DNA of 64,000 nt from an uncultured Candidatus Binatia bacterium (GTDB lineage Bacteria; Desulfobacterota; Binatia; Bin18): assembly GCA_965200965.1 (NCBI GenBank), contig OZ241744.1:3232001-3296000 (forward strand). Reading direction: 5' to 3'. Positions 18,478-28,003 of this stretch are shown piece by piece (position 1 is the stretch's first letter; every line of letters begins with the position of its first letter). The notes under the pieces are model-generated. The model saw only the letters and a program-made list of their open reading frames with translations. It made no database searches and had not been told where the DNA came from. The translations under genes and the position numbers were made by a program.

Positions 18478-19270
18478 GGGCTTGTCCGATCACGCACCGC
18501 ACAAGACGATCCACGCTCCGAGTGTCCGGGAGCGGCAGGCCGAGCGGGCCGCTGTCCGCCGCATCATGGTGTTGGGCAATCGCTTTTTCGACCTGGACCA
18601 TGAGGTCCTGTCGGGCCGTTTTTTTGGCCACTGCCGGCTCTCTGGCAATAGGCGGGCTGAAGACGACACTCATCCGCCCAGACCGGATCTTCCAACTCCC
18701 CGAAGGGAGAATATCCCGCCCGCCATTTACCGTCACCGGAACAACCGGGCTGCCGGTCTCCACCGCAACGGCGAATCCTCCAGGTTTGAACGGCAGCAGG
18801 CGTCCGTCCCGGCTGCGGGTCCCTTCAGGAAAAAACAGGACCGAGATCCCGGCGTGCAGCAGTGCTTTGACTTTCCTGATCGTTGTCACCGCCTGGGTTC
18901 TGCTCTGGCGGTCAACCAGGACCTGATGCGTCCGAGCCATGCACAGACCCAGGAGTGGAGCCTTGCGCAGTTCGTGTTTGGCGACCCAACGCAACTGAAA
19001 CGCCTCAAGGCTGACCATCAGCACCAGAATATCAAACATGCTCTGATGATTGGCCATGAAAACATAGGCTTGGCGGGGATCAAGCTGTTCCCGACCACGG
19101 ATATCGACCTTCACCCCACACACGAACAGGTTGCTCTTGGCCCAGAACCGAATATAGCGGGCCGCACATTGGGCGTACCTGTCGAGAGGTGCGAGCAGCA
19201 GAACCGGCACACTCCAGAATACGGTGTTCAGGGCGATGAAGACAAGACGCACGATAGCTAGCAGAATCAC
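18470..19270 (-). CDS. plsC: 1-acyl-sn-glycerol-3-phosphate acyltransferase (PlsC family)
   Basis: NHQS..D and FPEGTRS motifs; GTG start 19270 has an RBS (GGGGAG). Confidence 0.88.
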   Translation of the reverse strand: MILLAIVRLVFIALNTVFWSVPVLLLAPLDRYAQCAARYIRFWAKSNLFVCGVKVDIRGREQLDPRQAYVFMANHQSMFDILVLMVSLEAFQLRWVAKHELRKAPLLGLCMARTHQVLVDRQSRTQAVTTIRKVKALLHAGISVLFFPEGTRSRDGRLLPFKPGGFAVAVETGSPVVPVTVNGGRDILPSGSWKIRSGRMSVVFSPPIAREPAVAKKTARQDLMVQVEKAIAQHHDAADSGPLGLPLPDTRSVDRLVRCVIGQAHE

Positions 19271-19304
19271 GCCGCTCCCCGGTGCTGAGGGCCAGATTCG
19301 CACC

Positions 19305-19369
19305 ATTATAGTTCCTCTTGTGACTTGCCGTCAATGTAGTTGATTTTTCTGCACTTCTTTCTGTACAAT
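19305..19369. promoter_or_regulatory. Back-to-back divergent sigma70 promoters
   Basis: Minus strand TTGACG-18-TATAAT (19334-19305); plus strand TTGATT-18-TACAAT (19340-19369). Confidence 0.7.
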
Positions 19370-19394
19370 GGATCGCTCTGGCGGAGGGGCTGTT

Positions 19395-20471
19395 GTGACG
19401 GTTGAATGTCCGGCGTGCAAGACGCGCTACCGGGTTGACGCGAGCTTGGTGATGGCAGGAGAGACATCGTTTGAGTGTTGTCAGGAGGACTGTGGACACA
19501 TCTTTGTCTATACGCCTCCGGTGATGTGGAAGGGAAACGGTCCAGAACCCGATACCGAGCCTGTGCGCTCCTCGTCTCGGCCCGAGTCTGCCCCCAACAA
19601 TGGACAACAGGTCAATCTCGAAGCCGAGCCCAGCGTCAAGGCTGCCGATGTGCTGGACCGTGTCCCGGCATTTGTCCATCAAGAAATCGAGCCGCCCCCA
19701 CTGGCCGCGATGGAGGACCACGCTGAGCAAGCGAGGCAGGATGAGTACGACACGCAGACCGAACCGGATGTCGGGCCGGTCTCTGAAGACGCCCCGGACA
19801 TCGGGGCTGAGCCGCTGGAGACACCAGAGAAAGCGCCGAACGCCAGACAGCCTGTATCCAATCCCGCCGAGCCGGCCCTCCACATGATCCCCGCCTCCAC
19901 GGATTCGTCGCCTGCTGACAAGCCAGATGCAGCCCTTCTTTCGGTTCGCGGCGTGTTTATCCTTATCGGGTCTTTTGTGTGCGGTTATGCCCTGCTGAGC
20001 TATGCGGCGCTTTCCTACCCCCGGCAGACAAAGCTGGCGCTCCGCCAGCTTCCTGTAGTGGGTCAATTCTTTGCCTCCGAGCCGTTCTCCGCCCGCCATA
20101 TTCGGCTGGACAAGCTGAGCGGCAGTTTTTGGCTGAGCAAAGATAACCGTCGCGTGTTTGCCATCGCCGGTACGGCGCGGAATACCGCCAGCGTGTCTGC
20201 TAAGCTGGTGCAGATTGAGGGCACGCTCTACAACGGGGTCGGCAAGCAGGTTGGACAACAACTCGTGTTCTGTGGTCACGAGGCCAACGCTGCGCTGCTC
20301 GAAAGCCTAACGGTGCGTGATATGGATACCCTCCAGAAACTTGTGCCGCCAAGAGACTTCCACATCCCCGCCGGCCAAGCCGCAAACTGCCTGTTGGTCT
20401 TTACCCGGCCGCCCGGCTCTGTCTCGGAGATTTCAGGACGGGTAGTGTCTGTCCAGTTTGAAGACGCCTAG
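19395..20471 (+). CDS. MJ0042-type zinc-ribbon / DUF3426 membrane protein
   Basis: N-terminal CPAC..RY...C...CGHIF, acidic linker, one TM helix, Ig-like C-terminal domain; RBS GGAGG before GTG 19395. Confidence 0.8.
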   Translation: MTVECPACKTRYRVDASLVMAGETSFECCQEDCGHIFVYTPPVMWKGNGPEPDTEPVRSSSRPESAPNNGQQVNLEAEPSVKAADVLDRVPAFVHQEIEPPPLAAMEDHAEQARQDEYDTQTEPDVGPVSEDAPDIGAEPLETPEKAPNARQPVSNPAEPALHMIPASTDSSPADKPDAALLSVRGVFILIGSFVCGYALLSYAALSYPRQTKLALRQLPVVGQFFASEPFSARHIRLDKLSGSFWLSKDNRRVFAIAGTARNTASVSAKLVQIEGTLYNGVGKQVGQQLVFCGHEANAALLESLTVRDMDTLQKLVPPRDFHIPAGQAANCLLVFTRPPGSVSEISGRVVSVQFEDA

Positions 20472-20556
20472 AGAATGGCGTGAGGACGCCGGGACTGGAC
20501 CGCCATGAGGGGGGATTGCCGGACCGATCGTCTGAGAAGATAGCGGTCCTCTCTTC

Positions 20557-20748
20557 CTATCTGCCATCACCGCTGTCTTTTGTCTCGCCGTCTGGAGTGA
20601 CATCAATTTCTGGCGACTTGACCGATTTCCGAAAGTTCTGAATCCCCTTGCCCAGACCCTCGCCAATAGCCGGTAATTTCCCTGCACCAAAAATGATCAG
20701 GACAATGACCAGGATGATCAGCAATTCTCCCATACCAAGACCAAACAT
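20557..20748 (-). CDS. tatA: Twin-arginine translocase TatA
   Basis: [35 protein letters not shown]. Confidence 0.95.
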   Translation of the reverse strand: MFGLGMGELLIILVIVLIIFGAGKLPAIGEGLGKGIQNFRKSVKSPEIDVTPDGETKDSGDGR

Positions 20749-20805
20749 AGTTTTTCCAGTATATGCGATGTCTCCGCCCGTGAGCAAGGCGGGTGAACCT
20801 TTTTC

Positions 20806-20834
20806 TTGCAGGCTCTGGTCAAGCAGGCTAGAAT
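20806..20834 (+). promoter_or_regulatory. sigma70 promoter, probably for a leaderless transcript
   Basis: TTGCAG-17-TAGAAT, with ATG 7 nt downstream and no SD. Confidence 0.6.
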
Positions 20835-20841
20835 GCGGCCG

Positions 20842-21972
20842 ATGTCAACAGCCACCCTCACCCTTGCCCACCCCCAGCAACGCGACCCGCTCGTCCTGTT
20901 TCTGCTCTTCTCGCTCCTCTTCCACCTGATCCTGTTCCTCTTGTTTCCCGCACTCAGGCCGGTAGTCCCGCCCGAGACAGAACGGTTGACCGAGGTGGAG
21001 TTGTTGCCGGCCGAGGAACCCGAGCGGCTGGCCGTTGATCTGGACATTCCTGAGGAAGCGCCGAAAGAAGAGCCGGTTGAAGAGAATAGAGCCCAACCGC
21101 CGCCTCTGCCCGAGCAGATCGTCAATCCGCCTGATGTCATCAATGAGCAGTTCCCGGACCAGACCCGCTTCCTGAGCGACCGGAATACCACCGCGGAGGA
21201 CGAAACGGTTGCCGCTGGTACGCCGCTGCCGGCCTCGAACACCGAGCAGGAAACCCCGGACAGCCAGCCCCAGCCGTCCCAAGAGCCTACCCGGCTAGCC
21301 GCCCTCAAACCGCTTGACAAGGCGCTGAAGCAGAAAAAGGCCCCTGACCCTGACGCACCCACGGCCCTGAAACGCGCCCCCCGGTTGTTTGCCAGTCCTG
21401 CCGATCTGTTAGCCCAGGGGTTTATTAAAGACCGTGGCACACAGCAGGAGCAGCAGGACGAACAGCGCGCCCCAACTGGCAACGAGCTCCTGAGCATGGC
21501 CCCTCCGGCCCGGCGGAATCCCTTGTCCCTGCCCGGCCCGAGCGGAACGCCGGATCACCTGCCCGATGTGCGCCGTGGCAACATGACCTTCCTCAACACC
21601 AAGGCGCACCGGTTTGCTCCGTTTGTCCGCCGGGTGGCCCAGCGCGTGTTTGAGCATCTGGTGATCGATCAGCGCAGAAACCTCAGGCTCGACGATGTGA
21701 TTGCGGCCCGCGACTGGGTGACTATCGAGGCCAAGCTGTCGGTAGATGGCGAGCTGGTCGGACTGGTCTTACGCAGCCGCTCCGGCAGCTATTCAATTGA
21801 CGAGTCCTTGATGAACGCCTGTGAACAGGGTGCCTGGGACCAGAATCCTCCGCCGGAAGCCCAGGCCGAAGACGGTTTGATTCATTTCATCTTCCGCTCC
21901 GATATCAACGCCCAGTACGATAACCTGGGCCTCAGAGCGATTGTGACCTTTCTGCAAGTCGGTCTGAGTTGA
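20842..21972 (+). CDS. TonB/TolA-like energy transducer
   Basis: TM anchor with SLLFH, Pro/Glu-rich spacer, TFLNT....A.F..RV, SG...ID and NPPP C-terminal domain. Confidence 0.75.
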   Translation: MSTATLTLAHPQQRDPLVLFLLFSLLFHLILFLLFPALRPVVPPETERLTEVELLPAEEPERLAVDLDIPEEAPKEEPVEENRAQPPPLPEQIVNPPDVINEQFPDQTRFLSDRNTTAEDETVAAGTPLPASNTEQETPDSQPQPSQEPTRLAALKPLDKALKQKKAPDPDAPTALKRAPRLFASPADLLAQGFIKDRGTQQEQQDEQRAPTGNELLSMAPPARRNPLSLPGPSGTPDHLPDVRRGNMTFLNTKAHRFAPFVRRVAQRVFEHLVIDQRRNLRLDDVIAARDWVTIEAKLSVDGELVGLVLRSRSGSYSIDESLMNACEQGAWDQNPPPEAQAEDGLIHFIFRSDINAQYDNLGLRAIVTFLQVGLS

Positions 21973-22019
21973 GCCGCTTTCCCTCTGCCAAGTCCCCGCC
22001 TCTCTGGGTATGCCTCGGC

Positions 22020-22048
22020 TTGCACAACCCTCACCCGGCTGTTAGGAT
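22020..22048 (+). promoter_or_regulatory. sigma70 promoter upstream of the hairpin element and tRNA-Ala(CGC)
   Basis: TTGCAC-17-TAGGAT with extended -10 TG. Confidence 0.65.
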
Positions 22049-22062
22049 CCAGGGCATCAATT

Positions 22063-22113
22063 GAAGGTAAATCGTCTCATCCGGTCGAGAGGAAAGCAAG
22101 ACGATTCACCTTT
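22063..22113 (+). repeat. Palindromic hairpin element, copy 1 (REP-like or structured RNA)
   Basis: AAGGT-A-AATCGTCT / AGACGATT-C-ACCTT stem around loop ATCCGGTCGAGAGGAAAGC; homologous to 57675-57723. Confidence 0.7.
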
Positions 22114-22115
22114 GT

Positions 22116-22169
<54 letters not shown>

Positions 22170-22188
<19 letters not shown>

Positions 22189-23933
22189 TTTCCCTTCCTA
22201 TCAGTTCGCCCTGTGGCCGGGATGCGGATGTCTTCCACCATGTCCTGTATGGTTTGGGCCGGGGGGTGGGTGAGGGACGCGACGAGGACCGCTACCCCGA
22301 AGTTGATCGCCATGCCAACCCCGCCAATGCCTTCCGGCGAGATGCCCCACAGCCACTGGGCGGCGGTGTTGGCCTCGGGGCTGATGAACTTGAAATAGAT
22401 GATGTAGACGCTGGTGAAACCCATCCCGCAGACCATCCCGGCCACCGCCCCCCAGTGGTTCATGCGCTTGGAGAAAATGCCCAAGACAATGGCCGGGAAG
22501 AAGCTCGAGGCGGCCAGACCAAAGGCAAAGGCCACGACCTGGGCGACAAAGCCCGGCGGGTTGATGCCGAAATAGCCGGCAATACAAATCGCCACGACCG
22601 AGGCCAGCCGCGCATAGCGCAGTTCTTGCCGCTCGCTCATCTGGGGGCTGAGCACATTTTTCATCAGGTCGTGGGAGATGGAGGTGGACAGCACGAGCAG
22701 CAGGCCGGCGGCTGTAGACAGGGCCGCGGCCAAGCCACCGGCCGCAACTAGGGCCACGAGCCAAGCCGGCAGCCGGGCAATCTCCGGGTTGGCCAGCACG
22801 ATGATATCGCGGTCAATGTGCAACTCATTGCCCTTCCAACCCAGGGCACTCGCGCGCTCGGCAAAGGCCGGATTGTGGTCGTTGTAATATTGGATATGTC
22901 CGTCCTGGTTCTTGTCCGAGAAGCGAATCAGGCCGGTCTCCTCCCACTTGGAGAACCAGTCGGGAACCTGGGCATATTCGGCATTGTGGACGCTGGTCAA
23001 GAGGTTGGTGCGGGCAAACGCGGCCACGGCCGGCGCGGTCGCGTACAGAATGACAATAAACAACAGCGCCCAGCCGGCCGAGATGCGCGCGTCTCTCACC
23101 CGGGGAACGGTAAAAAAGCGGGTGATCACATGCGGCAGACCCGCGGTCCCGACCATAAGCGACAGGGTGATAAAAAAGACATCAACCACGGTTTTGCTGC
23201 CGCGACCCGTGTACGCGGCAAAGCCGAGTTCCTGACTCAGCCCGTCGAGTTTATCGAGCAGCGAGACGCCAGGCTCGGCTTTCAGTTCCGCGCCAAACCC
23301 GAGCTGCGGCAAGAGCGTATCGGTCATCACAATAGAAAGAAAAAAGCTCGGTAGCATATAGGCAAAGATCAGCACACAGTACTGAGCGACCTGGGTATAG
23401 GTAATGCCTTTTTGTCCACCGGCCACCGCGTAGATGAGGACGATAGCCATGCCAATGACCACGCCCAACTCGATCGGCACTTCCAAAAACCGGGCAAACA
23501 CCACCCCCACCCCGCGCATCTGACCGGCCACATAGGTAAACGAGACAAAGATGGCACAGACCAGGGCGACTATGCGGGCGGTCTGCGCGTCATAGCGCTC
23601 GCCGACAAAATCCGGCACGGTGTATTTGCCGAACTTGCGCAGATACGGTGCCAGCAACAGCGCTAACAACACATAGCCTCCAGTCCAGCCCATGAGATAC
23701 ATGGCACCGTCACGGCCCAGGAAAGACATCATGCCGGCCATTGAGATAAACGAGGCGGCGCTCATCCAGCCGGCCGCAGTTGCCATGCCGTTGGCTACCG
23801 CGCCGACCCGGGAGCCGGCGACATAAAAATCACTGGTTGACTCGGCCCTGGCGCGCCAGGCGATCCCGATATACAGGGCAAATGAGAGTCCGACGATGAT
23901 GAAGGTCCATAGTTTGACCGGATCGATGTCCAT
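22170..23933 (-). CDS. Sodium:solute symporter, ActP-like (cation/acetate symporter family)
   Basis: FYVAG, NGMATAA.WMSAASFIS, GWTGGYVL, GTAGLPHV..RFF; downstream of a DUF4212 gene. Confidence 0.92.
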
Positions 23934-24232
23934 CACTGGGCCGCTCCTCCACGCCTCGGGTCGTGTTCGTGTACGCCGTAGGCCCGGTCCAAGCGGTTCA
24001 TCAGCCACACATATACGAAGATCAGGAGGACAAAGACATACAGTGAGCCCTGTTGGGCCATCCAGAACCCCAGCCGAAAGCCCCCCACCCGGACGGTGTT
24101 GAGGGCGTCAACAAAGAGGATCGACAGGCCAAAAGATACACTGAACCAGATACTCAACAAGGCCGCCACAATCGTCAGATTGTCGCGCCAATAGCCGCGA
24201 CGGCGCGTCTCAGACAGGGAGTTGTTTTTCAT
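23933..24232 (-). CDS. DUF4212 family symporter small subunit
   Basis: YW..NL, GF.LGFW.AQQGS, MNRLD motifs. Confidence 0.9.
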   Translation of the reverse strand: MKNNSLSETRRRGYWRDNLTIVAALLSIWFSVSFGLSILFVDALNTVRVGGFRLGFWMAQQGSLYVFVLLIFVYVWLMNRLDRAYGVHEHDPRRGGAAQ

Positions 24233-24790
24233 GCCAGTAGGCTAGCATAATCGTGGTAGCGACGTAACAGAACGGCCCCCGGCAGGCGTCGGGGGACGCC
24301 CTATCATCCCCGCTGACCCGCTTGTCAGAACCCGCATTGCCCTTGGCACAGTCCTGACCCTGTGCCCCGGCTGTGCGGCCCTCGTCTACACCGAGGCGTA
24401 TTTCACCGCAATGATGGCACTCCGGGCGAGCCATCCTCGCCTAGCCGCGGCTGGGCTGAGCAGTTGTACCAGACCTGGGCGGTGAGCGGGAGGCTGGTGG
24501 GAAGCGGCCTAGCCGTCCTGCTGGCTCGCTTTGCTGTCCGGGTCCTCCGGTCCGGCCACACCCCACCGTCGGGTATGCGGGTGGCGTTTCCAAGCAGGCT
24601 CCGAACCGGCAACAACGCCACCCTGATCGCTAGCACGAGCCTGGCCTCGGCGGTCGTGCGCTGCTCGGCTATCGGCTGTGGACCGTGGCTCTGGAATATG
24701 GGGTCTTGTCGGGGCCGTTTCAGCGGACCTAGAGCGTTGCTCGGTGGCGGGTCTCGCCGCCGGTCGGCCAGACTGTCCCGCGGTGTGTCT

Positions 24791-25030
24791 CTACGCTAGG
24801 CTGCCCGGCAACACGCCGAGCCAGACCGGCCTGTTGCGGTCGCCACCCTGAAACAGCAGCCAGACCGTTTCTCCGACACCAGGCAGGGTCTTCACGCCGG
24901 GCGGCAGGCACGGCAGTGCCCAGTCGGCCACGCCGGGCACTTCAAAAACCTCGACTTTGAGCCGCAGCCGCCCTTCCGGGTCCCGGTTCTCCCGGACTAT
25001 GCCCTGATAGACTCCGACGACATGATCCAT
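24791..25030 (-). CDS. Stand-alone Gp5/VgrG-type OB-fold (phage baseplate assembly protein V-like), 79 aa
   Basis: Y.G.V..NRDPEG..R.KV.V, WALPC.P, P.VG..VW..F.GGD...PVW.G. Confidence 0.8.
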   Translation of the reverse strand: MDHVVGVYQGIVRENRDPEGRLRLKVEVFEVPGVADWALPCLPPGVKTLPGVGETVWLLFQGGDRNRPVWLGVLPGSLA

Positions 25031-25454
25031 TGTGGCTTCCCTATCGCATCCTGCAAAGAAAAGACATCAGGCTCGGCCAAGACTTGGCGCGGCTCGCCGT
25101 GGCCGATTGGAGCGCCCTGTCTGAGCACGCTCAGAGCAACACGCCCATGTCCGGGGGCTCTTTTTTCCAGATTTTCCGCTAAGATGCCCAGCCGTGCCGG
25201 CCGGTCCGCTGAAGCCACGCCCCGACTCCAGCCGAATACAGGATCCTCAACCAGCCGGGAGCGGCCACGCCGGCCCGGCACTGTATCAGGATGGCCGGCT
25301 GTTCAGTCTGAAAACCCCGCGGGGATATCTTTAGGGGTCTGGTCTCGGCCATGGTGTCTCTGCCGCCGGCCCTAGCCTCACGAAGGCGAGAGAAGTGGCC
25401 TGAATACAGACAGCGAGGCCGGCACCGCGGCAGCCACAGGAAGGGAGAAACGCC

Positions 25455-26375
25455 ATGAAACGATGTATGCCTATCACGGCTTGGCTTGGGATGGTCCTGT
25501 TCAGCGCCGGGGCAAGCCTGGCTCAGCAGGACTTCAGCGGCGTCGATATCTCGGCCACCGCCCTGCGCGGCCCCATCCATATGCTGACGTCCAGCGCCCC
25601 GGCCGGGAATATCGGGGTATCGGTCGGCTCAGATGGGCTGCTGATTGTTGATGATCAGTTCGCGCCCCTGGCCGACAAGATACAGGCCGCGCTGAGCGGC
25701 CTGGGCGACGGGCCGCTCAGATTCATTCTGAACACCCACTGGCACGGCGATCATACCGGCGGCAATCCGGTATTTGGCAAGCAGGCCCCGATCGTCGCCC
25801 ATACTAACGTCCGCAAGCGGCTGATGACCGAGCAGCGGATCGGCACCCGGGCCGTTCCCGCCGCTCCGCAGGCCGGCTGGCCGGTCGTCACCTTTGACGA
25901 GTCGGTGTCGATTCACTTCAACGGCGAAGAGATCAGGGTTGTCCACTTCCCCCGCGGCCATACCGACGGGGACAGCGTGGTGTTCTTTACCGGCTCAAAC
26001 GTCGTCCATCTGGGTGACCATTTTTTTGCCGGCAGCTTTCCGTTTGTTGACCTCGACAGCGGGGGCGATGTTGAGCAGTTCACCGCCAATATCGCCACTG
26101 TGCTCGCTCAGCTCGCCGACGATGTGCAGATCATCCCCGGCCACGGCCCCCTGTCCAGCAAAGCCGACCTGCACGCCTATCACCGGATGCTGGTCGCAAC
26201 GACCGAGTTCGTCCGCCAGCAGGTTGCCGCGGAGAAGAGCCTGGAACAACTCCAGGCGGCCGGCCTGCCCGATGAGTGGAAGGACTGGGGCAGCGGCGCG
26301 ATCACCGCCGAGCGCTGGATGGCGATGGTCTATCGCAGCCTGACCCGAGCGGGTAGCGGGCGGTCGGGGAGTTGA
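25455..26375 (+). CDS. Secreted MBL-fold metallo-hydrolase (cyclase-like)
   Basis: Signal peptide; NTHWHGDHTGGN, GHTDGD, PGHG. Confidence 0.9.
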   Translation: MKRCMPITAWLGMVLFSAGASLAQQDFSGVDISATALRGPIHMLTSSAPAGNIGVSVGSDGLLIVDDQFAPLADKIQAALSGLGDGPLRFILNTHWHGDHTGGNPVFGKQAPIVAHTNVRKRLMTEQRIGTRAVPAAPQAGWPVVTFDESVSIHFNGEEIRVVHFPRGHTDGDSVVFFTGSNVVHLGDHFFAGSFPFVDLDSGGDVEQFTANIATVLAQLADDVQIIPGHGPLSSKADLHAYHRMLVATTEFVRQQVAAEKSLEQLQAAGLPDEWKDWGSGAITAERWMAMVYRSLTRAGSGRSGS

Positions 26376-26457
26376 GCGCCCGCAGAACAGCTTGACCCGC
26401 CTGACGGCCGCGTGTCATACGAGAACCACCAGCCGGACCGAGCATGAGGAGACGCCC

Positions 26458-26631
26458 ATGAAAGCCACGGCACTGGCGCTTGTTTTTGTTGGCTGCTACT
26501 GGATTCTGAACGGATACCAGAGCATGGACCAAGGGGGGTCGGCTGGCATCTGGCAGATTGCCCTGGGTCTCGCAACCCTGCCCGTTGCCAAGTTCCTGTG
26601 GGACCGGGATATCGGGCCCAGGGAGTCTTAG
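26458..26631 (+). CDS. Small two-TM membrane protein, 57 aa
   Basis: RBS GAGGAG, ATG start, two hydrophobic helices. Confidence 0.6.
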   Translation: MKATALALVFVGCYWILNGYQSMDQGGSAGIWQIALGLATLPVAKFLWDRDIGPRES

Positions 26632-26652
26632 CAGCCCTGTCGGCTTACCTGC

Positions 26653-27063
26653 TCATACATCAGCACCGATTGCGGCCAAGCCGGCCTCGGAGTACTCAAT
26701 GTCTTCGTCTTCCGTTCCACCGCTGGCCCCAAGGCCGCCGATCAACTCACCGCCGACGATGAGCGGCAAGCCGCCGGCCAGCAGCAGGGGGCGGCAGACA
26801 ATGTTCATCACACTGTCGATCAACTGCGGTCTGGCCTCGGCCCAGCTTGCCAACCTCTCTTGAGTTGCGCTTAAACGTTGCTGCGGTAAACGCCTTGCTC
26901 TGGGCGATGCCGGCGGTCATCCAGCGTGCTCCGTCCATACGCGCGAAGCGACCGGATTGCCGGCGGCGTCAACCACCACAAAGCTCATCTGCCAGCCCTG
27001 GTCGTGGGCTTTTTCTTCGCACACGATCATACCCTTCCGGGCCAGGGCTAATGTCAGTGCCAT
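26653..27063 (-). pseudogene. GlcG/HbpS-family heme-binding protein, two frameshifts
   Basis: VVD..G, RMDGA, IA.SKA.TA and GGLP....G..IGG.GASGG split over frames. Indels near 26947 (missing T) and 26854 (extra G). Confidence 0.85.
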
Positions 27064-27076
27064 TGCTTTCCTTATC

Positions 27077-27982
27077 TTAACGCTGGTGGTACAGCGGATG
27101 GCCGTTGACCGAGGTCTGCACACAACTGAAATGGTCGCCCTCCAGGTTGGCAAAGTACAGGGTCTGGAGGCCCGGCCCGCCAAAGGCGCAATTGGTCGGA
27201 AAGTTGAGCTTGTGGCCGGCTGGATCATTGACCAGCATGGTCCACTTGCCGTTGGTATCGACCTTGATTATCTGATGGGCTGGGGTCATGCCGCCGTTTT
27301 CAATCCGGGCCGGCAGGGTGATGTACAGGTTGCGGTCGGTGTCAAAGGCCATGCCGTCGGGCAGGGCCGGGAAGCCCTCGGAGTAGACTTCGGGCTTGCC
27401 GAAGGTCCCGTCCTTGTTGATCTGGATACGCAGACAGTCGTTGCGGGTGCTCTCCAGCACATACACGGCATCTTCGTTGGGGTCAATGGCTGTGCCGTTG
27501 GCCAGATACAGGCCGGTGACGACCACATCGCCCTGGCCGTTGGGCCGGACGCGCACTAGGGCACCGTTGGGAGCCGGGGTTTTCATCTCGTTCAGGACGG
27601 ACTCAATGGTGGCCGTGCTGGAGTTGGAGATGTACAGATTGCCCTCGCCGTCGTAGCTGGCAAAATTGGGCAGGCTCAGCTTGACATCGCCCACCCGGTC
27701 GGCCACCAGTGAGACTTGGCCACTCTGGGAGACCTTCATCACCGCTTGCTTGCCGAGGTCGCAGTAGACGATGTTGCCCTCCTGGTCCAGGGTGATGCCG
27801 TTTGGAATTGAGCCTTCGGGCAGCCGCGCGCACTCGCTGACCGCACCGTCTGGCGTGACCTTGTACATGACGCCGTTGCGCCCACCGCCGTAGACATTGC
27901 CGTCTGTATCGACCACCACGCCCTCGGCCTGCACCACGCCTTTACCAAAAATTTCCACTTGATCGACTGAAAATATCGCCAC
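27077..27982 (-). CDS. SMP-30/gluconolactonase/LRE family protein
   Basis: EG, PNG, PDGMAFD..NLY and PTNCAFGG..L.TLY motifs. Confidence 0.9.
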   Translation of the reverse strand: MAIFSVDQVEIFGKGVVQAEGVVVDTDGNVYGGGRNGVMYKVTPDGAVSECARLPEGSIPNGITLDQEGNIVYCDLGKQAVMKVSQSGQVSLVADRVGDVKLSLPNFASYDGEGNLYISNSSTATIESVLNEMKTPAPNGALVRVRPNGQGDVVVTGLYLANGTAIDPNEDAVYVLESTRNDCLRIQINKDGTFGKPEVYSEGFPALPDGMAFDTDRNLYITLPARIENGGMTPAHQIIKVDTNGKWTMLVNDPAGHKLNFPTNCAFGGPGLQTLYFANLEGDHFSCVQTSVNGHPLYHQR

Positions 27983-28003
27983 GGATATTCCTCCTTGTGT
28001 GTG

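Noticed and set aside
22063-22113. SRP (4.5S) RNA, suggested by CCGG-TC-GAGA-GG-AAAGCA
   Set aside because: Spacing does not fit CAGG-N3-GNRA-N3-AGCA, the hairpin is too short, and a homologous copy exists at 57675.
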